Shown piece after piece: positions 47,301 to 56,521 of a stretch of DNA of 64,000 nt (its first letter is position 1; every line of letters starts with the position of its first letter). Origin of the DNA: Candidatus Doudnabacteria bacterium (GTDB lineage: Bacteria > Patescibacteriota > Doudnabacteria > UBA920). The notes under the pieces were generated by a model. It made no database searches. It saw only the letters and a program-made list of their open reading frames with translations, and was not told the origin of the DNA. The stretch is from NCBI GenBank assembly GCA_031291995.1, contig JARLHZ010000025.1, positions 91,965 through 155,964 on the forward strand. Direction: 5' to 3'. The translations under genes were made by a program, and so were the position numbers.

Positions 47301-47599
47301 AAGTCACCTTAATTAATTGCTCGGCCAATTGTTCCTTTAGCCCGTCTTCTTCCACTTCCATTCTTATTTCGTCCTCTAAATCTTCAAGTGGCATAGGTTT
47401 TAACTACTTGATCTACCTTTTCCGGTTGTAATTATTTCCAAGGCTAAATAAGGCCCAAATGAAACCAACCAGGGTTAAGAAAACCGCGAGCCCTTTATGC
47501 CCGGTTTTAAAAAGAGCGTATATTAAGCAACAAAATGCTACAAAAAGTATGAAGTCTAACATTGGAGAATAATTACAATTTTAATGGCACAAAAGCCTT

Positions 47600-47935
47600 C
47601 TATTTGCCTCTGTTTTTTACTTCATAAATTTCCCAGGCATAATCAAATGGAAGAAGTGAGCATAAATAATTTCCGTCTTTGTCTTTGGGCGTATATTCAT
47701 CAACAATATCCAAAATTGCGCTTTGCTCTTCTTCGGTAAGTTCTCGGCCAACTATTTCCTCCAACTCAAGAAATTGCTCGTCTATAATTCCAATATTCCC
47801 CTCTATCCTCTGGTCTTCGTCCGAAGCCTGCTTCTGCGCCACTTTGTGTTCTTCCATAACCACCCAAAATACATCCTCAAGACTCATTTTGGGAAGCATG
47901 GTATCACTCGCAAATTTTTGTGCTTTGTTCTTCAT
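47600..47935 (-). CDS. Hypothetical acidic protein (111 aa)
   Basis: Co-directional with the downstream defence-like block; no recognisable motif. Confidence 0.4.
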   Translation of the reverse strand: MKNKAQKFASDTMLPKMSLEDVFWVVMEEHKVAQKQASDEDQRIEGNIGIIDEQFLELEEIVGRELTEEEQSAILDIVDEYTPKDKDGNYLCSLLPFDYAWEIYEVKNRGK

Positions 47936-47948
47936 ATTTTTTATAATT

Positions 47949-48251
47949 TTAATTTGGCAGTCTGCCTTCTTTTTCTCTTATAGGATAGGTTTCGGACTTT
48001 AAACAGCGGTTTATAATATTGTCCATATGCCAGTAAGTATTGCCGTTATAATCAAAGTAAACATTTTTTGTTGAGTAAAAATTTGCTTCGTAGCCGTAAG
48101 TATCTATATGGTTTGCTAAAGCTAAAAATAAGTTATTATCAACATTTTCCTGGACTATATACTCATGCGGCCAAGTCTTTGCGTAGTTCACCGCAAATAT
48201 CCACTTGGAGTTTTCTATAAATTGTTTTACAGCGTCTGGAAATTGCTTCAT
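47949..48251 (-). CDS. Hypothetical protein (100 aa)
   Basis: 13-nt spacing from previous gene; no recognisable motif. Confidence 0.4.
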   Translation of the reverse strand: MKQFPDAVKQFIENSKWIFAVNYAKTWPHEYIVQENVDNNLFLALANHIDTYGYEANFYSTKNVYFDYNGNTYWHMDNIINRCLKSETYPIREKEGRLPN

Positions 48252-48277
48252 CCAAATTTTTCTTTACTAATCAATTA

Positions 48278-49291
48278 TTATGCTTGGCTTTCGTATGACT
48301 TATGGACGGCAGCAATCACCTCAGGCAATGATTCAGCTGCTATGGTAAAATCCCATCCGCCGCCTTTATCTATGGCCATTCCTTTGGGCAGCTGGCCGCC
48401 AATTGCCCAGGTCCAACCCCAAATTTCACGAGAACCTTCGCCGTACTGAACAAAAATTTTAGACCTGTTTTCACTCCGGCGCAATGATACGAACCCGTTT
48501 TTTAAAGTATACCGGTAGATATCATCGCCAAACCCGTTCACAGTGGTTAAAAATTTACCAAGTACGCTGCCTTTTTCTGGAGCATTGGTCGAGGCCAAAA
48601 AGTCTGACAACTTTTCTGCACGAACTTCGCTCGACCTATGTGAAACGCCAATATTCTTCTTAGTCTCAACTCCGAATAACTTTGGAATCATTATTTCATA
48701 TTCGTTAAACTTGTAATAATCAAGTTGTATTGCGTATATGTCAAACTGGCTGTTTCGGTTGACATAGATAATTAAATCTTTTAACCTATCTTCCATTTCG
48801 TCCATTAATATTACAAATTTAAGATTACCCTCAAATAGATTGCGGCGCATTGCTTCTAAAAGCTCGTCTGTTTTTTCTTCATCAAGACTAAAAAATTCCG
48901 TAACCTTCTGTTTAAAACTCAAATTAAATTTTATCTCGACTTCCTCATCTAAAAGATGAATAAATTCGTTAAAATCACCTTGGTGTTTCCAAAGAGCCGC
49001 TCCATAATCAAGTGCTTGGGCAACTACCGTCCTTTTGTCCGGATTTTTAAATAGTTTGGTTTCCACAATATAAATATCTCCGTCCTTATCTATCGCCAAA
49101 GCATCGATCGACCCGGACTCTGTTGGAAACTCACGCGCAGCAACAAAGAGATGCTTGTCTTCTTCAATTTCATATACTGGAATTGACTCTGGATTTTGAT
49201 GGATATAATTTTGAAGGTAATCTTCCTTTTCAAAATTAGATTTGTCTATTTTTTTGGCGTTCATACCGCCTTGGGAAACAATAATACTCAT
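48278..49291 (-). CDS. Hypothetical protein with N-terminal PD-(D/E)XK-like (Hjc/NucS-like) motif
   Basis: GSIDALAIDKDGDIYIVETKL (D...D/E-x-K arrangement) near residue 60-80; C-terminal domain unassigned. Confidence 0.45.
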   Translation of the reverse strand: MSIIVSQGGMNAKKIDKSNFEKEDYLQNYIHQNPESIPVYEIEEDKHLFVAAREFPTESGSIDALAIDKDGDIYIVETKLFKNPDKRTVVAQALDYGAALWKHQGDFNEFIHLLDEEVEIKFNLSFKQKVTEFFSLDEEKTDELLEAMRRNLFEGNLKFVILMDEMEDRLKDLIIYVNRNSQFDIYAIQLDYYKFNEYEIMIPKLFGVETKKNIGVSHRSSEVRAEKLSDFLASTNAPEKGSVLGKFLTTVNGFGDDIYRYTLKNGFVSLRRSENRSKIFVQYGEGSREIWGWTWAIGGQLPKGMAIDKGGGWDFTIAAESLPEVIAAVHKSYESQA

Positions 49292-49382
49292 ACATTATCT
49301 ATTAATTGTGAATTTAATATTTACGCCAATGGCTATAGTTGATCCCGTCTTCTAAATCTTCATATTCAACGGACATAGGGTA

Positions 49383-50120
49383 TTATTTTTCTACTGCTTG
49401 GGCTTTGGCCCTATATTGGCAAAATTCACATTCAAGATTGGATTCGGGCAAATCGGATAGGTTTAAGCAATCGTAAATATTAAAAATTGTTTGCTCTACC
49501 CAAGAGTCACTGCCGGTATAAGGGATTAGTTTGGCATCAAATTCCAGTACGCCGTTAAAACCTGCTCTGTCTTTCTTTCCATTCACGTAAAAAAAGTAGC
49601 CGGTATTGGAAACTTTTAGGCCATTTTGCCTTAACAACCACTGGTAGACTTCCATTTGCCTGCGGTAGGAGTTGTGCCATTTGGCGTCAGTTAGTTCTAC
49701 TTCGCCCTCCTTGCTGGTGGCCTTGTAATCCACCACAATATATTCTCCCGCCGAATTTTTCCACAAATCATCTATGGCCCCATAAACTAGCATATTGATT
49801 TTTTTGTGGAGGCACTGCACGCCTGTAAAGTTATGCCGCCACTGGTCCAAAAGTTCATGAGCCACAGGAACAGCGTCCAGGCCGTAAGTTTCCATAAGCG
49901 GATGTTTGGTTCCGTTGGCGCGGTATACATCAAACTCTTTTTTTAGCAAAGCGTCCACAGCCACATTCAAAGTAAATGCTGGGCCAGATGGCCTGGAAAT
50001 CCCCAACCGCCGGTCCATATAAAAACAGCGCGGACAATCCAAAAACATATCAATCTTTGATCGGCTCAATTTAAAAGGTTTATCAGACGCAGGGTTGTAC
50101 AAATTGTTTATTCTAGGCAT
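49383..50120 (-). CDS. Cas4-like / RecB-family PD-(D/E)XK nuclease with four-cysteine cluster
   Basis: N-terminal CPRCFY and C-terminal CEFCQY cysteine pairs; GAIDDL, IVVDYKAT and QMEVYQWL (QhxxY) nuclease motifs. Confidence 0.6.
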   Translation of the reverse strand: MPRINNLYNPASDKPFKLSRSKIDMFLDCPRCFYMDRRLGISRPSGPAFTLNVAVDALLKKEFDVYRANGTKHPLMETYGLDAVPVAHELLDQWRHNFTGVQCLHKKINMLVYGAIDDLWKNSAGEYIVVDYKATSKEGEVELTDAKWHNSYRRQMEVYQWLLRQNGLKVSNTGYFFYVNGKKDRAGFNGVLEFDAKLIPYTGSDSWVEQTIFNIYDCLNLSDLPESNLECEFCQYRAKAQAVEK

Positions 50121-50180
50121 TTACTTTCCTTAAAATTTTCATAAATTTAACAATACTTAATGGGTTATATCCCCCACCGC

Positions 50181-51344
50181 TTATTCGGTTTTATTGGTAT
50201 GGGAAAGCTCTTCAAACTTAGCAGCCATTGTAGGGTTGCCGCGCGTTAGTCTTTTGATTGTCAAATCTTCTGCTTTATCATTAGCGAGACGGAGATTATT
50301 TTCAGACGATAAGAGAGCCTCTTTGGTTTTCTGAAGATGGTCTATGGTTTTGTCAATTTCATCGATTGCTGTTTTAAAACGGTTAGAAGCAATCTGGTAA
50401 TTTTTAGAAAAGCCCTCTTTAAATTTATTAATATTGTCCTCAAAGTTTGTGATGTCAACATTTTGGTTCCTCACCAAAGCAAGCTCGGCTTTGTATTTAA
50501 GTGAATTCATGGCCGAGTTGCGCAGCAGGGTTATCATTGGGATAAAAAATTGTGGGCGGACCACATACATTTTGGGATGTTTATGGGATACATCAACAAT
50601 GCCGGTATTATATAGTTCATTTTCGGCTTCCAAAAGCGTAACAAGGACGGCGTATTCGCACTTCTTCTCTGTCCGATCTTTATCAAGCTCGCGTAAAAAA
50701 TCTTCATTTTTGTGTTTTGTAGCGGTTTCGTCGCCTTCATTTTTCATCTCAAACATAATAGAAATGATTTCATTGCCGACCTCATCATTTTCGCGATAAA
50801 TGTAATCACCCTTACTGCCGGATTTTGTATTGTTGTCTTTTTCGAAATACGCATTCTGAAAACCGGTCGCGCGAAGCTTGTTAAACTCGGTTTCGCAGTG
50901 CTGTTCAAGGGTTTCGCCAACCATCTTCGTTGAGAGTTTAAGCTTCATATCCTTACGGAAAGCAATTTCGTCGTCCTTCATCTTTATAATGTCGTCCTTG
51001 GTCCTGAGTTCGGCGGCAAGTTCGTCACGTTCTTTCGCAACTTTATTGACCGCTTCTGTGACTGCGAGTTTTTTCTCTATTTCTGCATTACTGTTTTTTG
51101 ATTTTATTTCGGCTAATTCAGCTTCCTTCTTCGCAATGTCCTTTTGCAATGCATTTGTAATATTTGCCTCTGCAAGTTTAACAGCAGTTTCTTTATTTTT
51201 TTCCAACATTTCTATACGCTCATGCAGTTCTTTTTCAAACTCATGATTGCGGACTTGCTTCAAAATATCGGCAAATCCTGCTTCGTCGACTTTAAAAGCT
51301 TTTTTACAATGTGGACATATAATTTCATTCATATTTTTGAACAT
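50181..51344 (-). CDS. DUF2130-like coiled-coil protein with N-terminal CxxC
   Basis: [36 protein letters not shown] start and long coiled-coil. Confidence 0.5.
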   Translation of the reverse strand: MFKNMNEIICPHCKKAFKVDEAGFADILKQVRNHEFEKELHERIEMLEKNKETAVKLAEANITNALQKDIAKKEAELAEIKSKNSNAEIEKKLAVTEAVNKVAKERDELAAELRTKDDIIKMKDDEIAFRKDMKLKLSTKMVGETLEQHCETEFNKLRATGFQNAYFEKDNNTKSGSKGDYIYRENDEVGNEIISIMFEMKNEGDETATKHKNEDFLRELDKDRTEKKCEYAVLVTLLEAENELYNTGIVDVSHKHPKMYVVRPQFFIPMITLLRNSAMNSLKYKAELALVRNQNVDITNFEDNINKFKEGFSKNYQIASNRFKTAIDEIDKTIDHLQKTKEALLSSENNLRLANDKAEDLTIKRLTRGNPTMAAKFEELSHTNKTE

Positions 51345-51359
51345 TAATTTTGCAACATC

Positions 51360-54323
51360 CTATATGCTCATTTTATTAAGTACGTGCTCAAACACGCGCT
51401 CTTGCACAAACTTTTTTAATTCCGGATTTTGGTCGAGTTTTTGGTACAGACTAAAATGATTATCCAATACTCCAACAAGCTCGTCCTGAAAGAGTTGGTC
51501 AAATTTTAACTTGGCTGCGTCTTTGCTGTTATTTTTTACGGAGCCTTTTAATACATGGTTATTTACCAAACGCGAACTTAAATCGTTTAAAATTACCCGG
51601 TCGCCGTCGTTAAAATTTGTTCCGTAGCGCTCATTAATTTCTTTAATGATTCTTGAAAGAGGGTCTATTGCCGCCTCGGCAATACGGCCTTCCCCTCCCC
51701 CGCCCATAGGATAAATAATTCCCTCTGTATTGTCTAATTGTATATTTACCTTGCCCTTGTTCTCAATCCTGTAAGTTTCCATATCTATTGCATCCAATAC
51801 CTCCACCGGCAACGGATTTTCCCGCTTAGGCGATTTTTTGATTAAAAATTTTAAAAAGATGAACAGCTTTTCCAGTTGTGGATCTTTAAAAGTAATTATT
51901 TGGGAAATAAAGGCATACTTTTTTAAATATTCCGCAACCGTGGTTTTAAAGCTTTCCATTTCTTCTTCTGTCAGGTTCTCGTCATTTATCCTGGCTACCA
52001 CATTGTCAATAATATGGTTAAGTTTATCCGGCGTTGCTCCACCCAAGTATTCTTCAGTAAACCCATTGATTTCAAAGTCGGTAAAAAATTTAAACCCACG
52101 CACTTCGCGTTCCAAATTGTGCAAAATGTTCGGGTCCGTCGCTTCAGACAGCACCGTGGTAGTGTAATACGGTTGGAAAGCTTCTTTAATGTCGTCCGTC
52201 TCATTTACGAAATCCAAAACAAAAGTTTCGTCTTTGCCGTACGTAGTTCTGTTTAAACGCGAAAGTGTTTGAACCGCTCTAACATCGCTGAGTTTTTTGT
52301 CCACATACATAACCGTTAGCATAGGCTGGTCAAAACCGGTTTGAAATTTTTCCGCCACAATCAAAAATTTATTTTCGTCCTTCTTAAATTCTTCAGCCGT
52401 TTGGCTTTCCGGGACTTTATTCATTTGACCTTCGGTATATTCCAGTTTTGTATCCACGTCTTTTACAGTGCCCGAAAAAGCCACCAAGGCTTTATGATTG
52501 TAGCCTTTTTCTTTAAGGTATTTATCAAAAGCAATTTTGTAACGAACCGCGTGCAAACGGGACTTTGTAACCACCATTGCTTTTGCGCGTCCCGCAATGA
52601 GTAATGCAATTTTTTCTTCAAAATGTTCCACCATAATAGCCGTTTTTTTATCAATGGCATGCTCATGGCGCTCTACATAGCCAATCATAAGCCTTTGGGC
52701 TTTTTTCTTATCAAATTCCGGGTCGTCTTCTATTTTTTTGAGTAAGCCAAAATAAGTTTCGTAAGTGGTGTAGTTTTTTAGCACATCCAAAATAAACTTT
52801 TCTTCTATGGCCTGCTTCATGGAATACAAAGAAAACGGAATAAATTTACCGGTAACCGCGTCCTTGTCTCCAAATAGTTCCAACGTCTTCTGCTTTGGCG
52901 TGGCGGTAAAAGCAAAAAATGAAAGGTTCGGGGAACTGACCTTTCTAGCCTTCATGCGCTCAATAATTTGGTCTTCAACTGTTTTAAAAACATGCTCTTC
53001 TTTTTCGGCTTGCTTTTCGGCTTCATCTAAAGTTAATACCTGACGTAAATCCGCCGCGGACTCCCCGGACTGTGAAGAATGCGCTTCGTCTATAATTACC
53101 GCAAATTTTTTTCCTTCAACTTTTTCTATTGTCTCTACAATAACCGGGAATTTCTGCAAAGTGCTTGTTAGTATTCTAACCCCGGTTTCCAAGCCCTCGC
53201 GCAGTTCGGCGGATGTTTCCACGTGCTTAACCAAACCTTTAACCTGGCTAAAATCTGTTACCGTATTAGAAAGTTGCCTGTCTAAAACCCGGCGGTCAGT
53301 TACTACAATAACGCCGTCAAATACATTTTTATTGGAATCGTCATGAAGTTCTGCAAGACGGTGCGCCACCCAGGCAATGGTATTGCTTTTGCCGGACCCG
53401 GCGCTATGTTGAATTAAATAATTTTTGCCGGTTCCATTTGCCTGCGCGTCTACAACAATTCTCTTTACGGTTTCTAATTGATGATACCGTGGAAAGATTA
53501 ATTTTTCTTCCTTTTTCTTTTTGCCGTTCTTGTCTTCTTTTTCTTCCGTCACTTCCTGAATGAAATTGCCTATTAAATCAAACACACTGTCCTTGGAAAA
53601 AATATCTTCCCACAAATAATGCGTTTTGTATTTTCCTTCCGGCGCTTCCGGATTTTTAGATGAGTTTTTGTCGCCTTTATTAAATGGCAAGAAAACCGTG
53701 GAAAGACCCGAAAGCCGGGTGGTCATAAACGCCAAGTCTGTATCTACCGCAAAATGAGTAAAGCAGCGCTTAAAAGATAAAAGTTTTTCTTTATTGTCGC
53801 GGTCGGTTTTATATTGTGATATGGCGTTAATAACATTTTGCCCGGTAAACTGATTTTTAAGCTCTATTGTAAACACCGGTAAGCCATTTACAAAAATAAC
53901 CATATCTATGGAATTTTCATTCTTGCCACTATATTTAACCTGCCTCATAACACTTAAAATATTCCCGGCATAATCGGCAACCGTCTCCGGGTTCCTGTCA
54001 TTCTGCGGTTTAAAATAAGCAAGCTTAACCCGCACTCCCCTGTCTGTAATGCCCTCACGAAGCACGCTTAACAAACCACGCGAACTAATTTCTTCATCCA
54101 CCCGAGCCAAAAACCTCTCCGCGACATCTTCCCCATACTGCTCAACCAGCTTCTCCCAAGCCTCATTTTGAGTCTCCAAAACAAACTCCAAAACCAGCTC
54201 TGCATCCATACAGAGCTCTTTATTAAAAGTTGAATTTAATCTAGATTTATACTTATGAAGCTTTATCAGCTCCTGCTCTATAAATTCCTCAAAACCCGAT
54301 TCTTTAGTGTTAGATTTTGTCAT
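51360..54323 (-). CDS. hsdR: Type I restriction enzyme R subunit
   Basis: 987 aa; Walker A HSAGSGKSNT, DEAH box VIIDEAHSSQ, helicase C-terminal motifs, N-terminal nuclease region. Confidence 0.9.
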   Translation of the reverse strand: MTKSNTKESGFEEFIEQELIKLHKYKSRLNSTFNKELCMDAELVLEFVLETQNEAWEKLVEQYGEDVAERFLARVDEEISSRGLLSVLREGITDRGVRVKLAYFKPQNDRNPETVADYAGNILSVMRQVKYSGKNENSIDMVIFVNGLPVFTIELKNQFTGQNVINAISQYKTDRDNKEKLLSFKRCFTHFAVDTDLAFMTTRLSGLSTVFLPFNKGDKNSSKNPEAPEGKYKTHYLWEDIFSKDSVFDLIGNFIQEVTEEKEDKNGKKKKEEKLIFPRYHQLETVKRIVVDAQANGTGKNYLIQHSAGSGKSNTIAWVAHRLAELHDDSNKNVFDGVIVVTDRRVLDRQLSNTVTDFSQVKGLVKHVETSAELREGLETGVRILTSTLQKFPVIVETIEKVEGKKFAVIIDEAHSSQSGESAADLRQVLTLDEAEKQAEKEEHVFKTVEDQIIERMKARKVSSPNLSFFAFTATPKQKTLELFGDKDAVTGKFIPFSLYSMKQAIEEKFILDVLKNYTTYETYFGLLKKIEDDPEFDKKKAQRLMIGYVERHEHAIDKKTAIMVEHFEEKIALLIAGRAKAMVVTKSRLHAVRYKIAFDKYLKEKGYNHKALVAFSGTVKDVDTKLEYTEGQMNKVPESQTAEEFKKDENKFLIVAEKFQTGFDQPMLTVMYVDKKLSDVRAVQTLSRLNRTTYGKDETFVLDFVNETDDIKEAFQPYYTTTVLSEATDPNILHNLEREVRGFKFFTDFEINGFTEEYLGGATPDKLNHIIDNVVARINDENLTEEEMESFKTTVAEYLKKYAFISQIITFKDPQLEKLFIFLKFLIKKSPKRENPLPVEVLDAIDMETYRIENKGKVNIQLDNTEGIIYPMGGGGEGRIAEAAIDPLSRIIKEINERYGTNFNDGDRVILNDLSSRLVNNHVLKGSVKNNSKDAAKLKFDQLFQDELVGVLDNHFSLYQKLDQNPELKKFVQERVFEHVLNKMSI

Positions 54324-54433
54324 AATCTTATAAAATACTTATAACGGTTACATAAGAAAGGCCTATATTTATTGCATTTTTTTGATAATTTTTCTAAAAT
54401 TGGTTTAACTTGTTACATAAGATAGTTTAAAAA

Positions 54434-54462
54434 TTGACAGGCGGGATACATTCGTTTACAAT
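54434..54462 (+). promoter_or_regulatory. Consensus sigma70-type promoter TTGACA-N17-TACAAT (plus strand)
   Basis: TTGACA 54434-54439, 17-nt spacer, TACAAT 54457-54462; AGGTG RBS and ATG at 54482 follow. Confidence 0.45.
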
Positions 54463-54541
54463 AGGTATATGCAGGTGCTTGATGGCCATTGAGCCATTAA
54501 GTATGCGGGCATACATTGAATGTATACCCCGCAGGCCTGCT

Positions 54542-55207
54542 TTATCTCCATTTTACTCTCCATTCGTTGAACCGGCTATTGCCCACGGCAAGCCGGATTT
54601 TTTGTACCTCCGTAGCTAATCGGCCTTTTATTTTATCGGAACCTTTATAAACCGAACTGCCAAGCAAAACATCAGCCATTTGAACTAATAATACGCCATG
54701 GCTGTCCACTTGCAAAACATCCCACAGCTGAGGAACAACTGCCGGAAGTGTAGAAATAGAATGGGTCGGTGCCTTTTTTGGCTGCCTTAAATAATCCGCG
54801 ATTAAGGTTGTCTTTTCTTCAGCTTTTAAATTTTTTTGAAGCAGCATTTTAATATAACGCAAATAACATTCCCAGGATTCCAAATAGTCTTTCGGCGCCT
54901 GGAATTTAACGTCATTTAAGTCTACAAAAAAAGAACAAAATCTCCAATTGGGTTCGTTTAACAAAATTTTCAAACAATTTAAATAATAAGGCAGAGATTT
55001 TTGCGTAACGGAGGTAAATTTAAATTCAACCCTACTACTGTCTTTTTTTAGCGCGTTGCATAACCCTTCATACTCGCTATGAAGCGCGGTAATAAGTTTG
55101 TCCGGGAACGAATGGACAATCGCGCCCACCGCAAAATACCTTACAGCCCGATTCTGCACATTAAGCGTACCCGACTCATCCAAAAAACAAAAAGTTGGTT
55201 TAATCAT
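54542..55207 (-). CDS. DUF3800-like protein
   Basis: N-terminal CFLDESGT (DESG start typical of DUF3800); 221 aa; embedded between hsdS and hsdR. Confidence 0.5.
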   Translation of the reverse strand: MIKPTFCFLDESGTLNVQNRAVRYFAVGAIVHSFPDKLITALHSEYEGLCNALKKDSSRVEFKFTSVTQKSLPYYLNCLKILLNEPNWRFCSFFVDLNDVKFQAPKDYLESWECYLRYIKMLLQKNLKAEEKTTLIADYLRQPKKAPTHSISTLPAVVPQLWDVLQVDSHGVLLVQMADVLLGSSVYKGSDKIKGRLATEVQKIRLAVGNSRFNEWRVKWR

Positions 55208-56521
55208 TTATACTTTCACTTTCCCCGTAACCACATTGGAAATTAGGGAAGATTTAAATTTGTTTAATAATTCAATTGATTTTTCTGTTTTTTCTAAAAT
55301 AGCATTAAATGTTGAAATTTTTTCATCTAAGAACTTAATAATTAAATTTTGTTCGTCTTTGCTTGGATAAATCATTTCCAACGAACTTAAGTCAAAAGGA
55401 GTGATTGCTGGGTAGCCAATGCCTTTTGAATTAAGAATGACTTGACTAATAAATCTATCGGACTGTAAGTAATAAAAAAGGTATTTTGGCAATAAGTTTT
55501 TACCAGGAGTTAATACGGCAAAACCAGTAGATGCAATAGTATTTGTATCGAGTTTATCAAAATAAGCAATGGCCTTTAAGTAAGTTCTAACTGTAGCGAT
55601 TATTGAATCGCCAACACTCACAACTCTACGAGCCCTACTTGGTGCTTTTTCAAAAGTAATTTCATTTTCTATATTTGACGCCTCTTCTCCATCCACAGAC
55701 CCAATGTCAAAATATTTAAAAGAGAAGTCGGGATCTGTGTTCTCTGAAAGAGATTTTTTATTCATTTGGGAGACTCTTTTTATTTTTTCAATATTCCATC
55801 CTTTCGGAATTTTGCCAATCCATTCGACATCGCTTTCAACATACTCAGCTTTTGGGTCAAGGCCTTTTGACACGGCATTATTAATAACAGCCGTGCGTTT
55901 TTCGCGCAGGAGTTCTATTAACTTTTGCTTTTTTTCAATAATTTGGTCAATGGTTGCAATTTTTTCGTCGAGATAATTTGCAATTTTTTCTTGCTCATTA
56001 ATATTTGGGATTAATGTTGGCAAATATTTAAAATTGCTAAAATCTAGCGTTTGTCTAACCCCTCCACCCATCCCATAATAAACTTTCTGAATGTCGTAGG
56101 CGTGAAATAAATAGTAGGTGAATTTTGAGTTTAATTTTTCACTCAATTGCAACGCTAAATAAGCTGAAGTAATTATACCTGGCTCATCAAAGTTCATATA
56201 GCCGACTCTTAAACTTTTTTTGTCATTTTGTAAGTCAGTCAGACGAAATACAATATTCCCTTTATTTATAACTTGATAAGTATTGAATGATTCTGGTAGT
56301 AATCCCTCGTTTGAGTCGATATCTTTTTGAATTATTTTACCATAGCTTAATGATAAGAGATTATTACATTTTCCCTCAATATTATTTTGTTCATTTTCAA
56401 AAGCGACTGATCGCAAGGGTGTTACATCCCAATCTTTAGGAATTTTGCCAATCCACTCAACGCCCGAGTTTTTGTATTCGGGATATTTTTTATATTCTTT
56501 TTTTAGCTGTAATTTAGGCAT
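55208..56521 (-). CDS. hsdS: Type I restriction-modification specificity subunit (two target-recognition domains)
   Basis: 437 aa; two TRDs separated by conserved helical spacer (IDQIIEKKQKLIELLREKR) and C-terminal repeat of the same. Confidence 0.85.
   Translation of the reverse strand: MPKLQLKKEYKKYPEYKNSGVEWIGKIPKDWDVTPLRSVAFENEQNNIEGKCNNLLSLSYGKIIQKDIDSNEGLLPESFNTYQVINKGNIVFRLTDLQNDKKSLRVGYMNFDEPGIITSAYLALQLSEKLNSKFTYYLFHAYDIQKVYYGMGGGVRQTLDFSNFKYLPTLIPNINEQEKIANYLDEKIATIDQIIEKKQKLIELLREKRTAVINNAVSKGLDPKAEYVESDVEWIGKIPKGWNIEKIKRVSQMNKKSLSENTDPDFSFKYFDIGSVDGEEASNIENEITFEKAPSRARRVVSVGDSIIATVRTYLKAIAYFDKLDTNTIASTGFAVLTPGKNLLPKYLFYYLQSDRFISQVILNSKGIGYPAITPFDLSSLEMIYPSKDEQNLIIKFLDEKISTFNAILEKTEKSIELLNKFKSSLISNVVTGKVKV

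Noticed and set aside
47296-47397. 34-codon acidic ORF (MPLEDLEDEIRMEVEEDGLKEQLAEQLIKVTYAT) overlapping the start of the Zn-ribbon gene
   Set aside because: It is too short and has no RBS to call a gene. It is noted only as a possible coupled mini-ORF or antitoxin-like peptide.
55208-56521. Phase-variable hsdS (shufflon) arrangement
   Set aside because: There is only one hsdS gene, no second inverted hsdS fragment and no adjacent recombinase. The nearby DDE transposase is an IS, not an invertase.
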